From IMG/VR virus record IMGVR_UViG_3300008255_000098: DNA of 64,000 nucleotides; one strand, given 5' to 3'. The first letter of the stretch is position 1; every line of letters starts with the position of its first letter. The notes under the pieces are model-generated. The model searched no databases and was not told where the DNA came from. It was given only the letters and a program-made list of their open reading frames with translations. The DNA comes from a virus. Taxonomy: Duplodnaviria > Caudoviricetes. Both the position numbers and the translations under genes were made by a program. This document shows positions 17,032 through 25,662 of the stretch, piece by piece.

Positions 17032-17290
17032 TCCAAGATATAAAAAAGGGGCACTGTGGCTAACGAGAACAAGCATACATGCGTTTTTAGACAGAGAACA
17101 CAGTGAAAATAATGCTTTCTCTATTATTCCAAAAGGGGAATATGTAATGTTATTAGTTTATTTTTTGAATAAGAATTATTCTGAACATATTTCTATTTTA
17201 TGGAACGAACATTTGTATTATGTTTATGATGTAGATACCGCATACCAATTTAACATTGATCCAGGACATCACAATACTAAACAAAGTTAA
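17021..17290 (+). CDS. hypothetical protein
   Basis: Overlapping ORF. Confidence 0.65.
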   Translation: MPDNPRYKKGALWLTRTSIHAFLDREHSENNAFSIIPKGEYVMLLVYFLNKNYSEHISILWNEHLYYVYDVDTAYQFNIDPGHHNTKQS

Positions 17291-17334
17291 AATAATTTTA
17301 GTAGTAAATTAGTTTTGGCGCTATTATTATTCAT

Positions 17335-17595
17335 GTGGCGCAAAACAAATACACTTTAGGAAAAATGTTTCAGGTGTTATCAACTACATCAGTAATCACC
17401 ACAAATCCAAATTGTTCACAAAATCGAACAATAACACACGTTGACCACAAAAAAATAGCAGTTGGGGAGATTTTATTATTAATAGATTATTTTGATCTAG
17501 GAATATCAGGAATTTGGGTGTGGCTTTATTATGATAGTGTGGTATGGCAAGTGATGGAAAAAAATAATTTTAAGAAATGTTGGAGGTTGTTATGA
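17335..17595 (+). CDS. hypothetical protein (GKLY-like family)
   Basis: TLGKMFQV; VGEILLL. Confidence 0.6.
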   Translation: MAQNKYTLGKMFQVLSTTSVITTNPNCSQNRTITHVDHKKIAVGEILLLIDYFDLGISGIWVWLYYDSVVWQVMEKNNFKKCWRLL

Positions 17596-18398
17596 GGCCG
17601 GTAGTGTTGTTCAGAGCAGGTTTGGCAGAAGAAAAAGAAATGCAGGTTTGTGCAAAATATTTTCCTGTTATTACCCAACGAAGTCATGTTAAAAAAGATG
17701 ATCTTATTATTCCTAGGTATTCAGCAATACCGTGGTACAAAGAGTTTGAAGAAGACGTAGTATATTCTGGCGGAAGGATAATCAACTCTTTTCGAGAGCA
17801 CAACTATGTAGCGGATTTAAAAAATTGGTATTATCATCTTGAGGAATATACTCCAAGAACTTGGTTTTATTTGGATCAAATACCCCAAGATGGTCCTTTT
17901 GTTTTGAAAGGACAAACAAGCTCTCTCAAACATAGTTGGAACACACACATGTTTGCTAAAAACAAACAAGAAGCAATTCAAGTACATTCTAGATTATGTG
18001 AAGACAGTTATATTGGAACACAATTAATTTACGTGCGTCAGTTTGTTCCTTTGCGACGCCTTGCTGATGGTTTACAAGGTTTGCCTATATCTGAAGAATA
18101 TAGATTTTTTGTACTCAATGGGGAAGTATTAAGTGGAGCATTTTATTGGTCTGAACATAGTGAGTATATTGAAGAACAAGGCATAGATATTAGTTCAAAC
18201 AATGTTCCAAAAGTCTTTTTAGATAAAATTATTTCTATTGTTAAGCCGCATATTCCATTTTTTGTAGTTGACATAGCACGAACTGCAAGCGGGGAGTGGA
18301 TAGTAATAGAATTAAATGACGCTCAAATGAGTGGGTTAAGCGATAATGATTCTGAAATATTGTATTCAAATATGAGAAAAGTGTTGTCTGAAAAGTAA
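17592..18398 (+). CDS. ATP-grasp domain protein (R2K/DUF4343-like)
   Basis: FVLKG..S.KH.W, EYRFFVLNG, FFVVDIA...GEWIVIELND.QMSGL. Confidence 0.85.
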   Translation: MRPVVLFRAGLAEEKEMQVCAKYFPVITQRSHVKKDDLIIPRYSAIPWYKEFEEDVVYSGGRIINSFREHNYVADLKNWYYHLEEYTPRTWFYLDQIPQDGPFVLKGQTSSLKHSWNTHMFAKNKQEAIQVHSRLCEDSYIGTQLIYVRQFVPLRRLADGLQGLPISEEYRFFVLNGEVLSGAFYWSEHSEYIEEQGIDISSNNVPKVFLDKIISIVKPHIPFFVVDIARTASGEWIVIELNDAQMSGLSDNDSEILYSNMRKVLSEK

Positions 18399-18454
18399 AC
18401 TGTTAACCTCCAATATAATTATCTTTGAGCAAAAAACAACAAGATTTAAAAATA

Positions 18455-18563
18455 CTGTCTGGTTCAGGAACTGAGTCGGACACTAAACAAAACGGAATAA
18501 GGCGTTGCCACCATTAGGGCGAGTCTAAGACCTCCGAAACCCGCCCCTGGGCGGGTAGTTCAC
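18455..18563 (+). mobile_element. TnpB C-terminal tail / reRNA-like right end, tnpB absent
   Basis: Translates QDLKILSGSGTESDTKQ as in TnpB tails; hairpin CCCGCCC-CT-GGGCGGG; ends GGGTAGTTCAC. Confidence 0.7.
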
Positions 18564-18601
18564 AGCCACGTAAATATCGTAAACAAATTCTTTGAAATTT
18601 T

Positions 18602-18964
18602 GGGGATAAATTGGATTCGACTTGGGAAACAACGGAACAATAACGTTGTAGTGGATGTTCACGCCCACTTAAATATCGTGAACAAATATAAATGCAGATA
18701 ATGCACCACTTGCTCTTGCTGCCTAAAAAACACTAGAGCCGTTGAACGGATAATGTGCTTCGATTACCGGGAAATGTCATTTTAGAGGCTAGACGAAATT
18801 ACCATTGGATTGCTTTTGAGTAATTAGTTTAAATTAGTAAAAGTAAGAACCCGCTGTAGATGCTTGTAGCTTAGATGCGGAAAATCTAAAATCAGGATAG
18901 ACAACGTAAATGTTTTTCTAGAAGTTCTTGAGGACGAGGGCATCGAAGCCCTCTATCTCCACCA
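18602..18964 (+). ncRNA. ssrA: tmRNA
   Basis: 5' GGGGATAAATTGGATTCGAC; 3' TATCTCCACCA with G3:U70; tag ORF 18694-18726 ADNAPLALAA*; pseudoknot-1 helices GTGG/CCAC and GTTCACG/CGTGAAC. Confidence 0.96.
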
Positions 18965-19349
18965 AAATAAACTATTGCTGTAATATGGATACTACAAACG
19001 AACAATATATAAATCGCCAAGATTTAAAAACACCTACTAAAAAGCTATCAGCACAGGTTGCCCATGATGTAATGCGTATAAATTTATCTTTTGCGGGTGC
19101 AATTAAGAATTTTTCTGATTTTTCTTGTGAGTCAGAAAACCTTCCAATTTGTATGGTTTATTACGTCAAAAAATGGAGCCAAACTTCTAGCTTTAGAAGA
19201 GAAAATCAAACAAACTACTATTCCATACGCCATGCAGCGAAACGCTGAGTATAATTTTGTATCCAAAGATACTCAACAGCATTGTGTATTGGGCTAGATA
19301 TAAAATCAAAAATAAATTCTTTAACAAAACGATTGCAGGTTTACAAGTT

Positions 19350-20150
19350 ATGAAAACATTTATATTATATTTTATTACTTCAATAATATTATTGTGTCCG
19401 TCAACAACACACGCCCAGACACTAACAACAGCTACTAATTACCCTATTGTTTTATCAACATTTCAAACAACTTATGGAGATTATGGCAGGTATCACGGCC
19501 GAGCACGCAATATTAGGGTTGCTGCTGAACTTGTCTCAGGAATAGTACTGCAACCAAACGAAAGATTTTCGTTTAATGAAGTAGTTGGTGAGCGAACTAG
19601 GGAAAATAATTTTAGTGTTGCGCCGGTAATTGGTTCTGGAAGACTGCGATCCGGAATAGGCGGCGGTGTCTGTCAATTAGCGAGTACAATATATGCTGCT
19701 GCGCTTTATTCAGGAATGAATATAATTGAACATCACCAACACTCTAGAATTAGCAGATATATAAGTCCCGGTTTAGATGCGACAGTAGATTGGGGTACTA
19801 AAGATTTAGTATTTGAAAATCCTTATTCATTTCCTGTGGTGTTGTTTGTTAGTATTTTACCTGGGCGATTACCAGCCGAACAAGCCGTAAAAGTAACTTT
19901 CTTGGCCCCAAGACACGGATATGAAGTAAATGTCTATTTTAATAGACGTATCAATGCCCGAGCTAATACAATAGAAGAGGTTGAACAAAGTATTCCGTTA
20001 GGACAAAGACATGTGGTAGAAACAGGAACACCGAGGGTGCAAGTTACAATGCGTAGAAGAATAACTAATTCGTCGAATGGAACAGAAACTTTAGAACAAA
20101 ATTATATGGTTTATCCTGCCTCAGATAGAATTTTTCAAGTTTCACCATAA
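19350..20150 (+). CDS. VanW-family protein with C-terminal G5-like domain
   Basis: FSFNEVVGERT, GGGVCQLASTIY, PGLDATV; N-terminal signal peptide. Confidence 0.9.
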   Translation: MKTFILYFITSIILLCPSTTHAQTLTTATNYPIVLSTFQTTYGDYGRYHGRARNIRVAAELVSGIVLQPNERFSFNEVVGERTRENNFSVAPVIGSGRLRSGIGGGVCQLASTIYAAALYSGMNIIEHHQHSRISRYISPGLDATVDWGTKDLVFENPYSFPVVLFVSILPGRLPAEQAVKVTFLAPRHGYEVNVYFNRRINARANTIEEVEQSIPLGQRHVVETGTPRVQVTMRRRITNSSNGTETLEQNYMVYPASDRIFQVSP

Positions 20151-20210
20151 CAATATAGTTCAATCTCTTTTCTAAGAGGTTATACTTGCTATTGACAATA
20201 AGGGTTATAT

Positions 20211-20456
20211 ATGGAATCTTCTGGATTGACAGTTAAAACATTAATTGGAAAGCTTAAAAAGCAATGGGCACCTGCATCTGCGATTGTGGTAAATGATATA
20301 ATCATTCTAAGCAGCGAAGAGTTCTGGGTGGTGTCAGAGGTAAGGAAAAAGTCGAATGGGTTCTACACCATCCTCAGCGAGCAGGGGGAGGGTTCTTTTG
20401 AGGTACCACCAGCAGAAATATTCCTTATTGTGAACAGGGGGTGTTATGGTAGCTAA
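20211..20456 (+). CDS. hypothetical protein
   Basis: ORF downstream of promoter-like sequence. Confidence 0.65.
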   Translation: MESSGLTVKTLIGKLKKQWAPASAIVVNDIIILSSEEFWVVSEVRKKSNGFYTILSEQGEGSFEVPPAEIFLIVNRGCYGS

Positions 20457-20862
20457 AAATAAAATAGAAAAGTGGAGAGCTTATAGTGTTCCTTATCTAG
20501 AATCTGGAAGTGTTAATTGGAAAAGTGTTCCAGACGGAATAGAAAAAGTAAGATTTTGGGACTACGCCAGTAGAAGTTATATAAATGGAAAAATATTTTG
20601 GGTAGAAAATAAGCCATTTAAAACAGCTTTAAAGTTTGTTTCTTTGTACCACATGGCAAGAGAAAACACTCATTTTATTTTTGAGAATATTGAGACAGGC
20701 GGAAAGTATATTATGCGAAATACTGATTTTGAACATTGCCTCAAAAAAGGAGTATTTATTCATGGTGTTATTTTAGGGGAATGGAGATTTGAACGTTCTC
20801 ACAATAGAATGTCAGTGGTTCCGATAGAATTTATTTCTTCTATTGAGCTTGAGAAAAAGTAA
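20446..20862 (+). CDS. hypothetical protein
   Basis: Overlapping ORF. Confidence 0.7.
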   Translation: MVAKNKIEKWRAYSVPYLESGSVNWKSVPDGIEKVRFWDYASRSYINGKIFWVENKPFKTALKFVSLYHMARENTHFIFENIETGGKYIMRNTDFEHCLKKGVFIHGVILGEWRFERSHNRMSVVPIEFISSIELEKK

Positions 20863-21017
20863 TTTTTTTAAACATTGTAAAAAAAGTATGATAGGATATT
20901 GAAATGTCTAAAGAATTTTTGTAAGTTTTAAATCGTGGACCTCCTTTTGAACTCGGTAAAGTAATTTGTCGAAGTAGATTTGGTTTAAAAAATATAAAAT
21001 ATTAAAAGGAGTTAAAA

Positions 21018-21497
21018 ATGAATCCACAAAATAAAAAACAGTTATCGGCACTTAGAGGCGCAATCAAAGGATTGGCCTATTCTGGACAAGAAATTCGAAC
21101 AAGAAATATTGCCACTAGTAAAGGTGAGCAAAAATATGAAGCATGGGCGCTAAAGCGTTCTATCGGACATGTAGCTAGATGTCATTTATTGGCTTATGGT
21201 TTGTCAAGAGGACAAACACGAGAACAAGTAGAAAAGTCTGGCAAAAGAAAAAAGCTAATATATTTGGATAGCTATTTTACAGCTGACAGAACGTACATAT
21301 ATGGATTTAACGCAAAAAAATATGTACAAGATATTTTATACATATTGTCTGTATATAAAATTCTTCCATATGATTGTGACCAGCGGGCCATAGAAAAATG
21401 GCTTGCTGATGGAAATAAAAAGCTTATTTCTTTTGAAGACCGGGAAACCAGAAAGCTGTATAAACTCAAAGATGCTAGTATGTCATGGCTAAGATAA
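21018..21497 (+). CDS. hypothetical protein coupled to PTH2-like gene
   Basis: Strong RBS AAGGAG; R.HLLAYGL.RG motif; overlaps next gene. Confidence 0.8.
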   Translation: MNPQNKKQLSALRGAIKGLAYSGQEIRTRNIATSKGEQKYEAWALKRSIGHVARCHLLAYGLSRGQTREQVEKSGKRKKLIYLDSYFTADRTYIYGFNAKKYVQDILYILSVYKILPYDCDQRAIEKWLADGNKKLISFEDRETRKLYKLKDASMSWLR

Positions 21498-21835
21498 AAA
21501 AAATGTATGTTCTAGTAAGACAAGATTTAGGTGCGGGCTATCAAATTCCACAAGCAATTCATGCTAAAGATAAATTTAGTCACGAACATGCCAAAATTGA
21601 ACATTCGTGGTATGAAGAATCTAATACTATTGCAGTATTAGGTGTAGATAATGAAGAACATTTGTTAGGAATAACACAACACATAAATGAGTTAGGACTG
21701 AAGTTTTCTTTATTTTTTGAGCCAGATATTCAAGAATATACTTCTGTTGCCATAGAACCTGGAGATAAAACATCCGAAATACTCAAAGTGCTCAAAAGAG
21801 CTTGCGGCGGAAAGAGAAAAAGAAATAGAAAATAG
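21485..21835 (+). CDS. peptidyl-tRNA hydrolase type 2-like protein
   Basis: KMYVLVRQDLGAGYQIPQAIHA; TIAVL; FFEPDI..YTSVAI. Confidence 0.75.
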   Translation: MAKIKKMYVLVRQDLGAGYQIPQAIHAKDKFSHEHAKIEHSWYEESNTIAVLGVDNEEHLLGITQHINELGLKFSLFFEPDIQEYTSVAIEPGDKTSEILKVLKRACGGKRKRNRK

Positions 21836-21840
21836 ACTCT

Positions 21841-22020
21841 ATATCATAATATTGACGCAATACGGTAGAAGACGTATGTGGTTGCAAGTTTTGGATCAGT
21901 TTGTGTCTCACACAATCCAAGGAGTTTGATCCCTTAATCCTTTTAATTAGGATTTGATGTTGAACGACCAATCAGCCTAAGTGTACATAGGAGCGTAGTA
22001 ACGCCGCAATATTTTGATGT
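21841..22020 (+). ncRNA. unassigned multi-hairpin RNA
   Basis: About 14-bp closing stem ATATCATAATATTG/CAATATTTTGATGT enclosing at least five hairpins. Confidence 0.55.
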
Positions 22021-22025
22021 AGTAT

Positions 22026-22103
22026 GGGGCCTTGGCAGAAAACTGGAAATGCGGTTGACTTTAAATCGACTTTATGCGGGTTCAATCCCCGCAGGCCCTA
22101 CCA
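22026..22103 (+). tRNA. ochre suppressor tRNA, anticodon TTA (Lys-like body)
   Basis: Full cloverleaf; GTTGA-CTTTAAA-TCGAC; GCGGG-TTCAATC-CCCGC; ACCA end. Confidence 0.9.
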
Positions 22104-22147
22104 AAAACTTGTTTAAAAATAAAATTTAGAATGTTATTGTAAGTTAT

Positions 22148-22618
22148 ATGAGCGAAATAAATTATATTTTAGGAAATGCTGTTGAGCCTATTGGAGTTGA
22201 TAATAAAATTATTGTTCATGTGTGTAATGATATTGGCGCATGGGGCGCAGGGTTTGTACTAGCCGTTTCAAAAAAATGGCCGCACATTAAAAAAGAATAT
22301 CTTTCATTGTTTAAAGATTATAAAAAACCTATTTTAGGAAGTGTACAATTCGTTGTGGCCGAAAAAAAAATAGTTATTGCTAATCTTATAGGACAAGAGG
22401 GGATTGGAAGGAAAAATTCACCTATCCGCTATGTTGCTATTGAAAGAGGCTTAGAACAAATAAAAGAACTAGCTGAAAAGTATAATACATCTATTCATAT
22501 GCCTAGAATTGGTTGCGGACTCGCTGGCGGAAAATGGGAAGAAATAGAAGCAATAATTGAACGAGTTTTTGAAAAATCAAAAGTTAAAATTATTGTATAT
22601 GATTTAAGCACGGAATAA
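22148..22618 (+). CDS. macrodomain protein (ADP-ribose processing)
   Basis: IVHVCND.GAWGAGFVLA; MPRIGCGLAGGKW. Confidence 0.92.
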   Translation: MSEINYILGNAVEPIGVDNKIIVHVCNDIGAWGAGFVLAVSKKWPHIKKEYLSLFKDYKKPILGSVQFVVAEKKIVIANLIGQEGIGRKNSPIRYVAIERGLEQIKELAEKYNTSIHMPRIGCGLAGGKWEEIEAIIERVFEKSKVKIIVYDLSTE

Positions 22619-22781
22619 TAATGATATATTAAGGCCCGAAAACAAAAGAAGAAAAAGATTTTAATCACTGCTTTGCTCCTAGAATATTTGAGAATTTCAC
22701 TATTCTGACTATCGCCATTGGAAACAAAAATTAGTTATTGGGATTTCTAGAAATTCCAGAGAAGAGAAGGAAAAAATAAAC

Positions 22782-22937
22782 TTTGACGGCTACACTACGG
22801 TTAGTTGCAACATGAATTTTGGTACCAAAGATTCACGAAGTACAGACGCAGGGGTACCTAAGAACCTGATAACAGTATCTACAAGGTCAGGTGAGGATGC
22901 CGATACTAAGTAGGTTAAAATCCTATTAGCCGTCGAA
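22782..22937 (+). ncRNA. unassigned structured RNA with probable pseudoknot
   Basis: TTTGACGGCTA/TAGCCGTCGAA closing stem; ACCTGA/TCAGGT hairpin whose loop AGTATC can pair with downstream GATACT. Confidence 0.55.
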
Positions 22938-22970
22938 ATTTTTGTGTTTACTAATAGGTTAAACACCAAA

Positions 22971-22986
22971 AGCCGCTAAAGCGGCT
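22971..22986. terminator. terminator-like hairpin at convergent junction
   Basis: AGCCGC-TAAA-GCGGCT with A-run on the left. Confidence 0.6.
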
Positions 22987-23018
22987 CAGATGGAAGAGAT
23001 AGAAAGGGATAAATTCTA

Positions 23019-23441
23019 TTATATAGCTGGTTTTCGGTCAACAATGTGCCAAGAGTAGCTGCCAGAGTTATCAGCCGGAACACTCAAAAGTTCAAGATGC
23101 CCGTATGCTCCACTCATATTTGTTGTCGCAGCGCCATCAATGTTTAGGGCTCCTGCGGATCCTGTTACTAAAACAACATTATTTCCCAAGCCATCGAGCA
23201 TAATTAAAACTCTTTCGCCTTCCGTGTCTGAAGAAACAGCAGGTAAACTAGCAGTGACTCCAGCCGCAGCTCTAGTAATCAATAGATTAAGTCCGCCGTA
23301 TATAGATACAACGCCAGATGAGTTTACGAGTTTGGTAATGTCCTCTCGTTGTGAGCTAACAGTTATTTGAAGTTGGTCTTGTGAACCAGTAACAGTTTCA
23401 GTTACGACGCCCTTTGGGCCAATTGTAGTTTTTAATGCCAT
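23019..23441 (-). CDS. hypothetical protein (Gly/Ser/Thr-rich, possibly virion-associated)
   Basis: Sole long minus-strand ORF here, with RBS. Confidence 0.7.
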   Translation of the reverse strand: MALKTTIGPKGVVTETVTGSQDQLQITVSSQREDITKLVNSSGVVSIYGGLNLLITRAAAGVTASLPAVSSDTEGERVLIMLDGLGNNVVLVTGSAGALNIDGAATTNMSGAYGHLELLSVPADNSGSYSWHIVDRKPAI

Positions 23442-23689
23442 TTTATTTTTCTTTCTCTAACGGGTACTCCGATAAGTATTAAGATAAAATCTATTTTACA
23501 CTAAAGACATTCTATAAATAACATTTTTAACTTTTTTTAAAATACCAAATTAGTTTACAAAATAATTTAGTAATGTCATCCTATGTATGGGAATTTAAAT
23601 CGTATGGAGCGATAACTAATAAACTTTGCTTTTGCAACTTACTTCTTGCGGCTGATAGTATTCCTTATTTATAATTGAAAGAATTATTC

Positions 23690-24490
23690 ATGGCAGACAA
23701 ATTAACGATTCACCAAGGTGACAATTTAGAAATATTAAAAACTCTTGAAGACAAAACTTATGAATTAGTTTATACAGACCCTCCTTATAATACTAAAATT
23801 ATACAAAAACGAAAACGTTCTAGCCACGGGAAAGAAATAGTAGAGCTTTCTAGTTTGGCTTATGAAGACAATAAAGAAGACTTTATCTTCTGGCTTCGCC
23901 AGCGAGTAGAACAAATATATAGAATCTTGTCTGATGATGGTTCTTTCTTTTTGCAATTGGATTTCAGAGAGGTGCATTATGCAAAAGTGATGTGTGACGA
24001 AGTTTTTGGAAGAAACAACTTTATTAATGAAATTATTTGGTCTTATGATTTTGGCGCACGAGCTAAAAAAAAGTGGTCTGCGAAACATGATACCATTTTG
24101 TGGTATGTTAAAAATAACAAAAATTATAAGTTCAATTTTGACAAAGTGACTAGAATACCGTATAAAGCTCCGGATTTGATTAGAAATACTGCAAAAAACG
24201 CAGAAGAAAAAATTGCCCTGGGGAAAACGATTACAGACGTATGGAATGATAATATTGTTCATACTATGTCCAAAGAACGTACTGGATATCCAACACAAAA
24301 ACCTCTGACCATTCTTGAGAGGATTGTTGTTGTTCACTCAGATAGTGGAGATAATTTGTTAGATCCGTTCGCCGGGTCCGGCTCGTTTGGAGAGGCAGCC
24401 CTCAAAAATGGTCGAAATGTTACTTTAATTGACCAAAATAAAGATGCAATTAATATAATGGAAAAAAGATTAGAAAAATATACAATCTAA
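23690..24490 (+). CDS. DNA N6-adenine/N4-cytosine methyltransferase (beta class)
   Basis: DPPY before DPFAGSGS; GYPTQKP. Confidence 0.95.
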   Translation: MADKLTIHQGDNLEILKTLEDKTYELVYTDPPYNTKIIQKRKRSSHGKEIVELSSLAYEDNKEDFIFWLRQRVEQIYRILSDDGSFFLQLDFREVHYAKVMCDEVFGRNNFINEIIWSYDFGARAKKKWSAKHDTILWYVKNNKNYKFNFDKVTRIPYKAPDLIRNTAKNAEEKIALGKTITDVWNDNIVHTMSKERTGYPTQKPLTILERIVVVHSDSGDNLLDPFAGSGSFGEAALKNGRNVTLIDQNKDAINIMEKRLEKYTI

Positions 24491-24532
24491 TTTTTTAAAT
24501 AGAAATATTATACGTCAATTGATATTTATACA

Positions 24533-24576
24533 GGAGCGTAAAAAAACCCATCCATTGGAACGTGGGCGGGATGTAA
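24533..24576 (+). mobile_element. IS200/IS605-like right-end remnant
   Basis: AAACCCATCCATTGGAACGTGGGCGGGATGTAA; shares a core with 2493-2514. Confidence 0.45.
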
Positions 24577-24599
24577 AAACGCTAATCTTGTGATAAAAA

Positions 24600-24830
24600 A
24601 ACGATTTGTACTGGTGTGTTGTGATTTTTAGACTCAATGAAGCAAATTTTTTTGTAAACAAACGGGAATAATAAAAGTTTAGACTATCTAATAGTAGAGT
24701 GAAACAGATATAAATACAGCAAAGAATATTCTTCTTTTGTAAACGAGAAGAAGATGAAGAAGAAGTACAAAGCTGTGAAACCCGAAGCCCAATCCATCAG
24801 CTTTTTTGTTGTCGTGGGTGAGTAGTTCAC
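24600..24830 (+). pseudogene. decayed tnpB 3' end with right end
   Basis: GATATAAATACAGCAAAGAATATTCTT = DINTAKNIL; GAAGCCCAATCCATC...GTGGGTGAGTAGTTCAC. Confidence 0.65.
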
Positions 24831-24971
24831 AGAAGGTAGAAATTATTTTACCAAAATAGTAAAGCCAAATTATTTATTAACAATAAAGACTTTATTTGCA
24901 ATTATCTGTTGCCCAACAAACTAACATAACAAAAGTTATTAAAACATAGCATGTTTTGCCAAGGAAGTAAA

Positions 24972-25571
24972 ATGCAGCTTAAACAAGATATCAGAACAAC
25001 ATGGAATAATCCGTTGCCTGGACATATTTGGTCATTACCACTAGGAAAATATAGTGATGGGGGGTTTGGGTCTCGCCGCAAACATAGTATACACACTGGA
25101 ATAGATTTGTTTTGTGAACATAACCAGCCTCTTGCTTCAGTGGAAGAAGGAATTGTGGTCGCTATCAAAGATTTTAGCAAAAATAAAACACCCTGGCTCA
25201 ATAGAACTAGGGTTATTTTAATTGAAGGTTGTACAGGCGTTGTGGTTTACTGTAACGTTGAAGAAAGACCTGGGTTACAGGTTGGAGATTTAGTCGAAGC
25301 TGGAGAGATAATAGGAAAAGTAATCCGCATTAATAAAAAGAAAAAGAAGCAAGATAAATGCATGTTACATTTAGAGCTTTATGAACAAGAAACAAAACGC
25401 AGAGTTGTTTGGAGTTACAATTATCCAAAGCCTATACAATTACTAGATCCAACGGATTATTTAGTTAATATTATTACCAAGACACAAGTAATTTATAGAA
25501 GAATCTCAAAAAATTTAGATGGATATACCCAAGCAGCAAACACAAATAGAATTTTTAGACAACAAATTTGA
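24972..25571 (+). CDS. M23 family peptidase
   Basis: HTGIDL motif, VEAGEIIG, LHLE (first His of HxH replaced by Met). Confidence 0.8.
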   Translation: MQLKQDIRTTWNNPLPGHIWSLPLGKYSDGGFGSRRKHSIHTGIDLFCEHNQPLASVEEGIVVAIKDFSKNKTPWLNRTRVILIEGCTGVVVYCNVEERPGLQVGDLVEAGEIIGKVIRINKKKKKQDKCMLHLELYEQETKRRVVWSYNYPKPIQLLDPTDYLVNIITKTQVIYRRISKNLDGYTQAANTNRIFRQQI

Positions 25572-25662
25572 TAGAAAAAGAGTAGTGGCCACAAAATGTG
25601 GCCTTTTGTATTTTACTGAGTTTTACATATACATTAGTTTAACATATATACTAATATATGAC

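Noticed and set aside
18928-19297. ORFs 18928-19248 and 19091-19297
   Set aside because: They overlap the tmRNA end, use weak starts and have no motif support.
21841-22937. Group I/II intron, hammerhead or theta (HDV-like) ribozyme identity for the structured RNAs
   Set aside because: No P7 or domain V consensus, no CUGANGA/GAAA core, and no HDV double-pseudoknot order could be traced by eye.
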